The notes under the pieces are model-generated. The model saw only the letters and a list, made by a program, of their open reading frames with translations. It searched no databases and was not told the origin of the DNA. This document shows, piece after piece, positions 14,722 through 22,854 of a stretch of DNA of 32,000 bases. Both the position numbers and the translations under genes were made by a program. Positions within the stretch are counted from its first letter, which is position 1. Each line of letters starts with the position of its first letter. Source of the stretch: Massilicoli timonensis (GTDB lineage: Bacteria > Bacillota_I > Bacilli_A > Erysipelotrichales > Erysipelotrichaceae); NCBI RefSeq assembly GCF_900199515.1, contig NZ_LT963434.1:2042180-2074179 (forward strand). The letters run 5' to 3'.

Positions 14722-15672
14722 ATGAGCAAGAGGATATGCAAGATCAGTGGTGCTGTTCAAGTAGAAAGCATACGCTTTAGGAACCGTTATGGAATTGATC
14801 TTGCCGGCGAATTGTACTATGCCAAAAGTATCGACAGGCAGAAAAAACATGCGGCAATCGTGATCGGCGCCCCATATGGCGGCGTCAAGGAGCAGGGACC
14901 AAGCGTATATGCCAATGAACTGGCTCAAAGAGGTTTCGTAGTGATGACGTTTGATCCTTCTTTCAGCGGAGAATCCGGCGGCAGTCCCAGAAATGTGGCA
15001 AGTCCTGATCTTTATAGTGAAGATGTCAGCGCCGCAGTAGATTATTTAGGCGTTGAGGTATCGTTTGTGGATCGGGGAAGGATCGGTGCATTAGGTATCT
15101 GTGGATCAGGAGGCTTCGTGTTGTCGGCGGCGCAGGCAGATACGCGTATCAGAGCAGTTGTGACTGCTGCTTTATTTGATGTGAGCTATATGAGCAGACT
15201 TGGATTAAACGAAAAGCAGCTGCAGGAGGAAAAACAGCGATTGTCTTATCAAAGATGGATTGATTTTCAGCAAGGGGAACCGCAATATTTGCCCATGTAC
15301 CCGCTGACACCGAGTGAATCGATACCAGAGGAATTAAACGGTATCTGGCGGGAATTTTATTCTTTCTATGGTCTGAAACGCGGTCATCATCCAAATGCGA
15401 GAGGCGGCAAGACGACGACCAGTGCGATGGCTTTTTTGAATTATCCGCTTTTACACTATATACAGGAGCTTGCGCCAAGAGCGGTATTGTTCATTACCGC
15501 AGATCAGGCGGAAAGCCGGTTTCTGAGTGAATACTATTATGAGAAAGCGGCTGAGCCAAAGGAGCTTTATGTGGTTTCAAACTGCAATCATATCGACTTG
15601 TATGATGATGTGAAAAAGATTCCTTTTGATAAGATCGAGCAGTTTTTCAAAACACAGCTGTATGGGCAATGA
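14722..15672 (+). CDS. alpha/beta-fold hydrolase with Cys in the nucleophile elbow
   Basis: 316 aa. G-I-C-G-S-G elbow (ALGICGSGGF) and C-terminal NCNHIDLYDD (candidate catalytic His). Confidence 0.75.
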   Translation: MSKRICKISGAVQVESIRFRNRYGIDLAGELYYAKSIDRQKKHAAIVIGAPYGGVKEQGPSVYANELAQRGFVVMTFDPSFSGESGGSPRNVASPDLYSEDVSAAVDYLGVEVSFVDRGRIGALGICGSGGFVLSAAQADTRIRAVVTAALFDVSYMSRLGLNEKQLQEEKQRLSYQRWIDFQQGEPQYLPMYPLTPSESIPEELNGIWREFYSFYGLKRGHHPNARGGKTTTSAMAFLNYPLLHYIQELAPRAVLFITADQAESRFLSEYYYEKAAEPKELYVVSNCNHIDLYDDVKKIPFDKIEQFFKTQLYGQ

Positions 15673-15722
15673 CCAAAAGCAGTGAAGTAGATCAAGTTTG
15701 ATAAACAGAAAGGATGAGGAAG

Positions 15723-16331
15723 ATGAAAAAACGGATGCTTGCATTTGTTTGCTTCTGCGCGCTGATCGGCGTTGTCGGCTGTGAGAAGCAGGCAAATAAA
15801 ACAGAAGAGGAAGCAAAGCCAAGTGAACAGGAAACAGTGGATGCGAAAGCGCAAGAGCAGGATGAAAAGAGTCTGGTTTTGTATTTCAGCGCAACCGGCA
15901 ATACAGAAGCGGTTGCCCAGACGCTTGCGGAGGCAACGGATAGTGAACTTGTGGAGATCATACCGGAAGTGGCATACAGCGAAGCGGATCTGGACTATGG
16001 AAATGATCAGTGCCGTGCCAATCAGGAGCAAAATGATGATGCGGCGCGGCCGGGTATTCAAAATGTTATCAGCATTGATCGCTATCAGCGTATTTATCTC
16101 GGTTACCCGATTTGGTGGGGCACCAATCCCAAGATCATTTTGACTTTGTTTGATGAAGTTGATTTTGATGGGAAAGAGGTCGCTTTATTCTGCACATCGG
16201 GCGGAAGTGGAATCGAGACCAGTGTACGGGAATTAGAAGCGTATCGGGAATCGGTAAACTGGCTTGGCGGACAGCGTTTTGCCGGTGCAGATGCTTCACA
16301 GGTGCGTGCATGGGTGGATAGCCTGCAGTAA
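15723..16331 (+). CDS. flavodoxin-like lipoprotein (predicted exported, lipid-anchored)
   Basis: MKKRMLAFVCFCALIGVVGC carries a lipobox (Cys codon 15780-15782). This is followed by an acidic linker, then LVLYFSATGNTE and YPIWWGT...FCTSGGSG flavodoxin motifs. Alternative start at 15714. Confidence 0.8.
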   Translation: MKKRMLAFVCFCALIGVVGCEKQANKTEEEAKPSEQETVDAKAQEQDEKSLVLYFSATGNTEAVAQTLAEATDSELVEIIPEVAYSEADLDYGNDQCRANQEQNDDAARPGIQNVISIDRYQRIYLGYPIWWGTNPKIILTLFDEVDFDGKEVALFCTSGGSGIETSVRELEAYRESVNWLGGQRFAGADASQVRAWVDSLQ

Positions 16332-16487
16332 GAAAAGACTTGCTGATGAACTTCAAGCGGCGATCAAAGGAATCCCAGAAACTTGTTTGCATGATGCGGT
16401 TTGATTTGGCGAAATCTTAAGAAGCAAGTGGTATTTTACCTATTTGTGCTGATATGCGCAAAATAAACGAAATGAAATGATCTGAAA

Positions 16488-16516
16488 TTGACAAGCAGGG
16501 GAATTGGATATATAGT
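16488..16516 (+). promoter_or_regulatory. promoter TTGACA-17-TATAGT
   Basis: TTGACA 16488-16493, 17-nt spacer, TATAGT 16511-16516. Confidence 0.75.
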
Positions 16517-16545
16517 TAGATTGCTAATTATTAGTAAACTAACTA
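16513..16545. promoter_or_regulatory. 33-bp near-perfect palindrome, candidate MarR operator
   Basis: TAGTTAGATTGCTAAT-T-ATTAGTAAACTAACTA. Arms match at 14/16 positions. It overlaps the -10 and the expected transcription start. Confidence 0.6.
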
Positions 16546-16562
16546 ATGAAGGAGGGATGGTA

Positions 16563-17009
16563 ATGGACAAACTGGCCCTGCATACGTTGCTATTTCGGAT
16601 CACACAGTTACAGAAGGCGCATTTGCGGCCGCGCATGCGTTCTTGTGATCTGACACAGGGACAGCCGAAAGTGCTGCATTATTTAGCAAAGCACGCTCCA
16701 TGCCGGCAGATCGAAATTGCCCGCAGCTGCAATATCGAGGCGGCAACCGCATCAAAGCTGCTGGACAACATGGAAGCGAAAGGCTTGATTTGCAGAGAAG
16801 CGGTACCAAGTGACAAACGCGCGGTGGCGGTCGTGATGAGCGAACAGGGAAAACAGGCGTTCATGAAGTGGCAAAGCCGTTATCGTGAGGTGGAACAGAT
16901 CGCCTGCCACGGTTTTGATGAATCGGAAAAAGCACTGCTGTGGAATCTGTTGGAGCGGGTCTATGAAAACCTGCAAGAGGCAGCGGTAGAGGAGGATGCA
17001 CATGCTTAA
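16563..17009 (+). CDS. MarR-family transcriptional regulator
   Basis: Winged-helix core LTQGQPKVLHYLAKH...QIEIARSCNIEAATASKLLDNMEAKGLICRE..SDKRA. GAAGGAGGG SD before ATG 16563. Confidence 0.85.
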   Translation: MDKLALHTLLFRITQLQKAHLRPRMRSCDLTQGQPKVLHYLAKHAPCRQIEIARSCNIEAATASKLLDNMEAKGLICREAVPSDKRAVAVVMSEQGKQAFMKWQSRYREVEQIACHGFDESEKALLWNLLERVYENLQEAAVEEDAHA

Positions 17010-18750
17010 AAAACTGTATCCTTATATGAAGCCATATCGCTTATCTTTATGGATCGCGGTACTGTGCGTTTCTCTTGAAACTGTTTTTGAGCTCATCATT
17101 CCGATGATGATGGCGGATATGATCGATGTCGGTGTAGCGGCGCGCGATCTTGACTATATGATTTGGAAAGGCATGCAGATGTCGGTATGCGCGGTCGTTT
17201 CTTTGATCTTGGGACTGCTTTACGCTCGATTTGCGGCAGTTGCGGCACAGAGCTTTGGAGCCGATCTGCGTATGGCGGAGTTTGAACAGGTGCAGAACTA
17301 TCGCTTTTCCAGTTTAGATCGTTTTGAGACTTCTTCTTTGGTTACACGCTTGACCAACGATGTGAATGTGCTGCAAAATGCGATTTCGCAAGGACTGCGT
17401 CCCGGCGTGCGGGCGCCGATGGTGCTGCTTACCGGTTTGAGCGTCGCCTTTATGATGAATGGAGAGTTGGCGCTTGTATTCGTTGTTGCGATTCCGATCT
17501 TGGGCGCCGCCTTGTTTATGATCGTGCGCAAGGTCGCGCCGATGTATGAGAAGCTGCAAAAAGCGATCGATCGGGTCAATCTGATCGTACAGGAAAATCT
17601 GACGGCGATCCGTGTAGTAAAATCATATGTGCGTGAGGATTTTGAACAGCGAAAATTTGCGGAAGTCAATGAGGATCTGATGAAAGTCAGCCAGCGGACC
17701 TTCCATTTTGCACAGATGAATATGCCGGCCTTTCAGTTTGTCATGTATGGAGTCATCATCATGATCTTGTGGTTTGGCGGCAATATCATTGAAGTAGGCG
17801 GCATGCAGGTGGGAGAGCTGACCGGATTTTTGAGCTATGTGTTACAGATCCTGAATTCTTTGATGATGCTTTCCGGAGTCTTTCTGCTGCTCATTCGCTC
17901 GATTGCTTCCGCAAAGCGAATCGAAGAGGTGCTGGATGAACCGCGTGATGAAAATTCTGCGCTTTGTACCCATGCACAGATCCAAAGCGGTTCGATTGAT
18001 TTTGAACATGTGTATTTTAAGTACAGTGAGGATGCATTGGAATATGTTTTAAGCGACATCAATCTGCATATCGAGAGCGGACAGACGATTGGGATCATGG
18101 GTGGTACCGGGGCGGCTAAAAGTACGTTGGTACAGCTCATTCCCCGTCTTTATGACACCAGCAAAGGCACGCTGAAGATCGACGGACGACCGATCGAAAC
18201 CTATGATCTGTATGAACTGCGTGATCAGATCAGCATGGTCTTACAAAACAACACGTTATTCAGCGGCACGATCAGGGAAAACCTGTGCTGGGGCAACCCA
18301 CATGCGACACAAGAAGAGCTGGAATGGGCTTGCCGCATTGCCTGTGCCGATGAATTTATCAAACAGAAGCCGAATGGCTATGATGAAGATCTGGGACAGG
18401 GCGGCGTGAATGTATCCGGCGGACAGAAGCAGCGGCTCTGTATTGCCAGAGCATTATTAAAGCATCCCAAGGTGCTGATCTTTGATGATTCTACTAGTGC
18501 CGTAGACAGTGCGACAGAAAGTACGATCCGCGAAGGACTGGCTTCTTTGAAAGATGTGACGAAGATCATCATTGCCCAACGGGTTACTTCCGTCATGAAT
18601 GCCGATCAGATCATCATCATGGAAGATGGAACGATTGCCGACAGCGGCACGCATGAGGAACTGTTGGCGCGCAATGCAACGTATCAGTCCTTATATCATT
18701 CACAGCAGGAAGGAGTGTTGGAAGATGGCAAGACCGATTTCCGGCGCTAA
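17002..18750 (+). CDS. ABC exporter half-transporter (TMD-NBD), subunit with degenerate catalytic residues
   Basis: Walker A GGTGAAKST, signature VSGGQ, Walker B LIFDDS (Asp where the catalytic Glu is expected), switch AQR (Gln instead of His). Start overlaps the marR stop. Confidence 0.9.
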   Translation: MLKKLYPYMKPYRLSLWIAVLCVSLETVFELIIPMMMADMIDVGVAARDLDYMIWKGMQMSVCAVVSLILGLLYARFAAVAAQSFGADLRMAEFEQVQNYRFSSLDRFETSSLVTRLTNDVNVLQNAISQGLRPGVRAPMVLLTGLSVAFMMNGELALVFVVAIPILGAALFMIVRKVAPMYEKLQKAIDRVNLIVQENLTAIRVVKSYVREDFEQRKFAEVNEDLMKVSQRTFHFAQMNMPAFQFVMYGVIIMILWFGGNIIEVGGMQVGELTGFLSYVLQILNSLMMLSGVFLLLIRSIASAKRIEEVLDEPRDENSALCTHAQIQSGSIDFEHVYFKYSEDALEYVLSDINLHIESGQTIGIMGGTGAAKSTLVQLIPRLYDTSKGTLKIDGRPIETYDLYELRDQISMVLQNNTLFSGTIRENLCWGNPHATQEELEWACRIACADEFIKQKPNGYDEDLGQGGVNVSGGQKQRLCIARALLKHPKVLIFDDSTSAVDSATESTIREGLASLKDVTKIIIAQRVTSVMNADQIIIMEDGTIADSGTHEELLARNATYQSLYHSQQEGVLEDGKTDFRR

Positions 18751-20581
18751 GCCGAAAGATTTCCGCTATACCTGGAAGCGGCTCATGCACTTCCTCGCAT
18801 TACAGAAATACCTGCTTTTGCTGGTCGGCGTTTTGGTGATCATTTCAGCCGGAGTGGAACTGATCGGCACTTATTTATTAAAGCCGATCATCAATGAATA
18901 TATCCTTCCGGCAGATTTATCGGGCCTGCTTGCGGTACTGGGATTTATGGCGCTCATGTATGGTGGCGGAGTAGCGGCGACATACGGCTATACCCAGATC
19001 ATGGTAAAAGCCGCGCAGAAAATCGTCTGTGAAATCAGAAACGCCCTGTTTGCGAAAATGCAGAAGCTGCCGCTAGTGTTCTTTGACAGCCGCACCCATG
19101 GTGATACGATGAGCCGATTTACCAATGATATTGATACTTTGGCAGAAGCGCTGAATAACAGCTTTGCGGTCGTGATCAAAAGCTTTATCCAGATTACAGG
19201 AACATTGACGCTGATCGTGCTCTTAAACTGGCAGCTGTCGATCATCGTATTGATCTGTTATCTGTTAATGTTTGCCTATATTTTATACAGCAGCCGCAGA
19301 AGCAAATACTATTATCATTTCCAGCAGAAACACTTAGGTGCGTTAAACGGCTTTGTGGAGGAAATGGTAGAAGGGGCGAAGGTCGTCAAGGTCTTTCATC
19401 ATGAACGGGAAAATCTGGAGGCCTTTGCCAAGAAAAACAAAGAACTGCGCAATGCGGCAATCGGCGCTTTAACGTATTCCGGCAGTATGGTGCCGATCGT
19501 CGTCAGTATCTCTTATGTGAATTATGCGATCGTTGCCGTAGTCGGCGGTTTTATGGCGGTCAAAGGCTGGAGCGATCTGGGTTCACTTGCCAGTTATCTG
19601 GTATTTGTGAGACAGCTGGCAATGCCGATCAATCAATTCACGATGCAAAGCAATTTCTTGCTTTCGGCAATGTCCGGGGCAGAGCGCATCTTTGAAGTGC
19701 TGGATCAAAAGGATGAAATAGATGAAGGAAAGGTAACACTGGCAAAAGTGAAGATCCTTGACGATGGTACGATGATAGAATGTAACGAAACGACCGGAAA
19801 CTGGGCATGGCGTCATCCGCGTGCGCACGGAGTCGAACTGGTGCCGTTAAAAGGAGATGTTCGCTTTGCGCATGTTACTTTCGGCTATCAAAGCAGTCAT
19901 CCGGTATTGAAGGACATTTCCTTATTTGCCAAGCCGGGCCAAAAAATCGCCTTTGTCGGTGCTACGGGAGCAGGTAAAACGACGATCACCAACTTGATCA
20001 ACCGCTTCTATGAGATTTCTTCCGGTGTGATCACTTATGATGGCATTGACATCCGTTTGATCGATAAGGCAGATCTGCGCCGCTCTTTGAGCATCGTATT
20101 ACAGGACACCCATTTATTTACCGGTACGATTGCGGATAATATCCGCTATGGGAATTTAGAAGCAAGCGATGAAGAAGTGATCGCGGCAGCCAAATTAGCC
20201 AATGCCTATTCTTTTATCAAGCGTTTGCCAAAGGGGTATGATACGATGATAAACGGTGATGGCGGCAATCTTTCCAGTGGCCAAAGACAGCTGCTGGCGA
20301 TCGCACGGGCAGCCATTCACAATCCACCGGTATTGATCTTAGATGAAGCGACCAGCTCGATCGATACGCATACGGAGAAATTGATCGAACAGGGCATGGA
20401 CGCCTTAATGGAAAATCGAACGGTATTTGTGATCGCGCATCGTCTTTCAACTGTACGCAACGCCCAGGCGATCATGGTATTGGATCATGGAGAGATCATC
20501 GAAAGAGGCACGCATGAGGAACTGTTGGCGCAGAAAGGGGTTTATTATCAGCTTTATACCGGGCAGTTTGAATTAGAATAA
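18725..20581 (+). CDS. ABC exporter half-transporter (TMD-NBD), canonical-catalytic subunit
   Basis: Walker A GATGAGKTT, signature LSSGQ, Walker B LILDEATS, switch AHR. ATG 18725 follows GAAGGAG and overlaps the upstream gene by 26 nt. Confidence 0.9.
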   Translation: MARPISGAKPKDFRYTWKRLMHFLALQKYLLLLVGVLVIISAGVELIGTYLLKPIINEYILPADLSGLLAVLGFMALMYGGGVAATYGYTQIMVKAAQKIVCEIRNALFAKMQKLPLVFFDSRTHGDTMSRFTNDIDTLAEALNNSFAVVIKSFIQITGTLTLIVLLNWQLSIIVLICYLLMFAYILYSSRRSKYYYHFQQKHLGALNGFVEEMVEGAKVVKVFHHERENLEAFAKKNKELRNAAIGALTYSGSMVPIVVSISYVNYAIVAVVGGFMAVKGWSDLGSLASYLVFVRQLAMPINQFTMQSNFLLSAMSGAERIFEVLDQKDEIDEGKVTLAKVKILDDGTMIECNETTGNWAWRHPRAHGVELVPLKGDVRFAHVTFGYQSSHPVLKDISLFAKPGQKIAFVGATGAGKTTITNLINRFYEISSGVITYDGIDIRLIDKADLRRSLSIVLQDTHLFTGTIADNIRYGNLEASDEEVIAAAKLANAYSFIKRLPKGYDTMINGDGGNLSSGQRQLLAIARAAIHNPPVLILDEATSSIDTHTEKLIEQGMDALMENRTVFVIAHRLSTVRNAQAIMVLDHGEIIERGTHEELLAQKGVYYQLYTGQFELE

Positions 20582-20682
20582 AAAACAGATAAAGCATTGT
20601 GCTTGAGATGGAATGTTCTGCTGCACAAGATATCATCAAGCGATCGAATCAAGAAAACAATTAAAAAGAAGGAGGCTGTTTT

Positions 20683-21156
20683 ATGAAAAACAAATTAGTG
20701 GCATATTTTAGTGCAAGTGGTGTAACGGCACATTTGGCGGCTCATCTGGCTGAGGCAGTCGATGCGGATCTGCATGAGATCAAACCGCTTGTGCCTTACA
20801 GCGATGCCGATCTCAACTGGAATGATGCGCACAGCCGCAGCAGCGTGGAAATGAAGGATAAGACATCACGTCCTGCCATTGCCAATCATGTGGAACACAT
20901 GGAAGGCTATGATACCATCTATATCGGTTTCCCGATCTGGTGGTACACCGCCCCGACGATCATCCATACCTTTTTAGAGCAGTATGATCTAAACGGTAAA
21001 ACGATCATTCCTTTCGCAACATCAGGAGGCAGCGCAATGGGAGCGACCAATCAGGATCTTGCCCCATCATGTCCCGGCGCGATCTTAAAAGAAGGAAAAC
21101 GCTGGAATGCAGATGCTTCTTTGACCACATTAAAAAATTGGGCAGAACAGTTATAA
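20683..21156 (+). CDS. flavodoxin-like protein (cytoplasmic paralogue of 15723-16331)
   Basis: LVAYFSASGVT and FPIWWYTAP...PFATSGGS motifs. No signal peptide. AAGGAGG SD. Confidence 0.85.
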   Translation: MKNKLVAYFSASGVTAHLAAHLAEAVDADLHEIKPLVPYSDADLNWNDAHSRSSVEMKDKTSRPAIANHVEHMEGYDTIYIGFPIWWYTAPTIIHTFLEQYDLNGKTIIPFATSGGSAMGATNQDLAPSCPGAILKEGKRWNADASLTTLKNWAEQL

Positions 21157-21170
21157 AGTGAGGCAGTGAA

Positions 21171-21683
21171 ATGGAATTCAAAGATGTAATAAACAATCGC
21201 TATTCTTGTAAGAACTTTGACGGCCGCAAAGTAGAGCGTGCGGCATTACAGGAAATTTTAGAAGCCGCAAGGAAAGCGCCGACTGCGAAAAACTTGCAGG
21301 AATATCATCTTTATGTCATAGAAAGTGAGGAAGGATTGGCAAAGATCGATCGCTGTACGCCGTGTCGCTATCATGCGGGTACCGTAATCATGGTAACCTA
21401 TGACAGCACCAATGTCTTTGTCTATCCCGGTGACAAGCGTGATTCCGGTATAGAAGATGCGACCATCGCCGCAACGCATCTCATGCTTGCGGCAGCCGAT
21501 CAGCAGGTAGACAGCTGCTGGATCAATTACTTCGATCCGCAAGAACTGGCAGAAGTCATGGAGCTGCCAAAACAGGAAGAAGTGCTGATGCTATTAGATC
21601 TGGGCTATCATGCGCAGGGAACAGGACCGCTGTCATCTCACAGTGAACGCAAATCGCTGAGGGAAACGGTTACTTATTTGTAG
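21171..21683 (+). CDS. nitroreductase-family oxidoreductase
   Basis: RYSCKNFDGRKVERAALQEILEAARKAPTAKNLQ is a typical nitroreductase N-terminus. 170 aa. Confidence 0.85.
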   Translation: MEFKDVINNRYSCKNFDGRKVERAALQEILEAARKAPTAKNLQEYHLYVIESEEGLAKIDRCTPCRYHAGTVIMVTYDSTNVFVYPGDKRDSGIEDATIAATHLMLAAADQQVDSCWINYFDPQELAEVMELPKQEEVLMLLDLGYHAQGTGPLSSHSERKSLRETVTYL

Positions 21684-21699
21684 ATAAGATGCAGGGATC

Positions 21700-21748
21700 A
21701 AACCACCTGTTTACGATCTTATGAAAGGATCATAAGCAGGTGGTTTTC
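21700..21748 (+). terminator. rho-independent terminator
   Basis: 10-bp stem AAACCACCTG/CAGGTGGTTT with further inner pairing, followed by TTTTC. Confidence 0.75.
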
Positions 21749-21971
21749 TATGCGCAAAGCATGCAATTAAGGGAAAGGGAATGGCAGGAAGAAAAAGGTT
21801 TCCTTTATTTGTAAGATCAGACTGTTTTTGCGTTTGACATGCTATTTTAAGCTTACGCTACATAAGAAACAAAAACGATGCCACACTATTTAAGAATTTC
21901 CTATCGGAAATTTAATAACTGTTAAGATTTCACATTCCCTTTCTGTGATAAAGTAAAGACAGGTGATGATC

Positions 21972-22628
21972 ATGAAAGGTTTATTTTCAATAATCAGTTT
22001 TGCTTTAATCAATATCATGGGACTTGTACAGTTCAATATTCCCACTTTGCAGGAAAAACAGGCGGATCATTTGATGATCGTTGCGCATCCGGATGATGAG
22101 ATTTTGTGGGGCGGTGATGAACTGCGGCGGGAGAACTATGTCGTGGTATGTTTGACAAATGGCGATAATGATGTGCGGCGCAAGGAGTTTTTTTCGGTGA
22201 TGAAACAAAGCGGGGACAAAGGCATTATCCTCAGTTTTCCCGATAAGGTAGCGGGCAAGCGCAGCGAGTGGAAAAAAGAATATACGCAGATTGAAAAAGA
22301 AGTCGAACAGCTGATGAAATCACGTGAATGGAAAAAGATCGTAACGCATAATCCGGATGGAGAATACGGACATAATCATCATAAGATGACAAGCCGCATC
22401 GTAACGGATATCGCAGAAGAAATAGGATACCGCAATCTCTATTATTTCAATCATTACACCAAAAAAGATGATCTGAAGAAAAGTGATGAACAGCCGTATA
22501 TCAGCGAAGCGGGCATTAAGTGGAAAGGAGAAATGATGAAGCTTTATCAATCACAAAGCGCAGTCAATGAGAAACTGAAACATATGTATGGCTATGAAAA
22601 GCTGATCCCGCAAAAAGAGTGGGAATAA
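21972..22628 (+). CDS. PIG-L/LmbE-family N-acetylglucosaminyl deacetylase with N-terminal signal-anchor
   Basis: MKGLFSIISFALINIMGLVQF is hydrophobic. MIVAHPDDEILWGG and GHNHH are metal-site motifs. AGGTGA SD before ATG 21972. Confidence 0.8.
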   Translation: MKGLFSIISFALINIMGLVQFNIPTLQEKQADHLMIVAHPDDEILWGGDELRRENYVVVCLTNGDNDVRRKEFFSVMKQSGDKGIILSFPDKVAGKRSEWKKEYTQIEKEVEQLMKSREWKKIVTHNPDGEYGHNHHKMTSRIVTDIAEEIGYRNLYYFNHYTKKDDLKKSDEQPYISEAGIKWKGEMMKLYQSQSAVNEKLKHMYGYEKLIPQKEWE

Positions 22629-22677
22629 TGTTCCTTAAATTTGCTTGTCTATGATGATTGTATGAACAAAAGAATCG

Positions 22678-22707
22678 ATGCTTCCCGATAAAGGGAGGCA
22701 TTTTTTA
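22678..22707 (+). terminator. rho-independent terminator
   Basis: 9-bp stem ATGCTTCCC/GGGAGGCAT (one G-U) followed by TTTTTT. Confidence 0.7.
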
Positions 22708-22713
22708 TACAAT

Positions 22714-22737
22714 AAAAACCGGCATCTGCCGGTTTTT
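22714..22737. terminator. bidirectional rho-independent terminator
   Basis: AAAAACCGGCA-tc-TGCCGGTTTTT, perfect, with A-run and T-run flanks. Confidence 0.85.
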
Positions 22738-22775
22738 CATAACATCAAACATTTTATCACTATCATAATTAAGGA

Positions 22776-22850
22776 AGGGGCAAAGCAGAATAGGAGAGGG
22801 AGGAATTTTATTAAATGTTCATGTCATGTAAGAATCACCGCTTTGCCCCT
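22776..22850 (-). other. long GC-rich hairpin in the gtrB 3' region enclosing a CCUCCCUCUCC motif
   Basis: Perfect 11-bp arms AGGGGCAAAGC (22776-22786) and GCTTTGCCCCT (22840-22850) with a 53-nt loop. The minus-strand loop reads ...AAUUCCUCCCUCUCCUAUUC... Confidence 0.4.
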
Positions 22851-22854
22851 GTCC

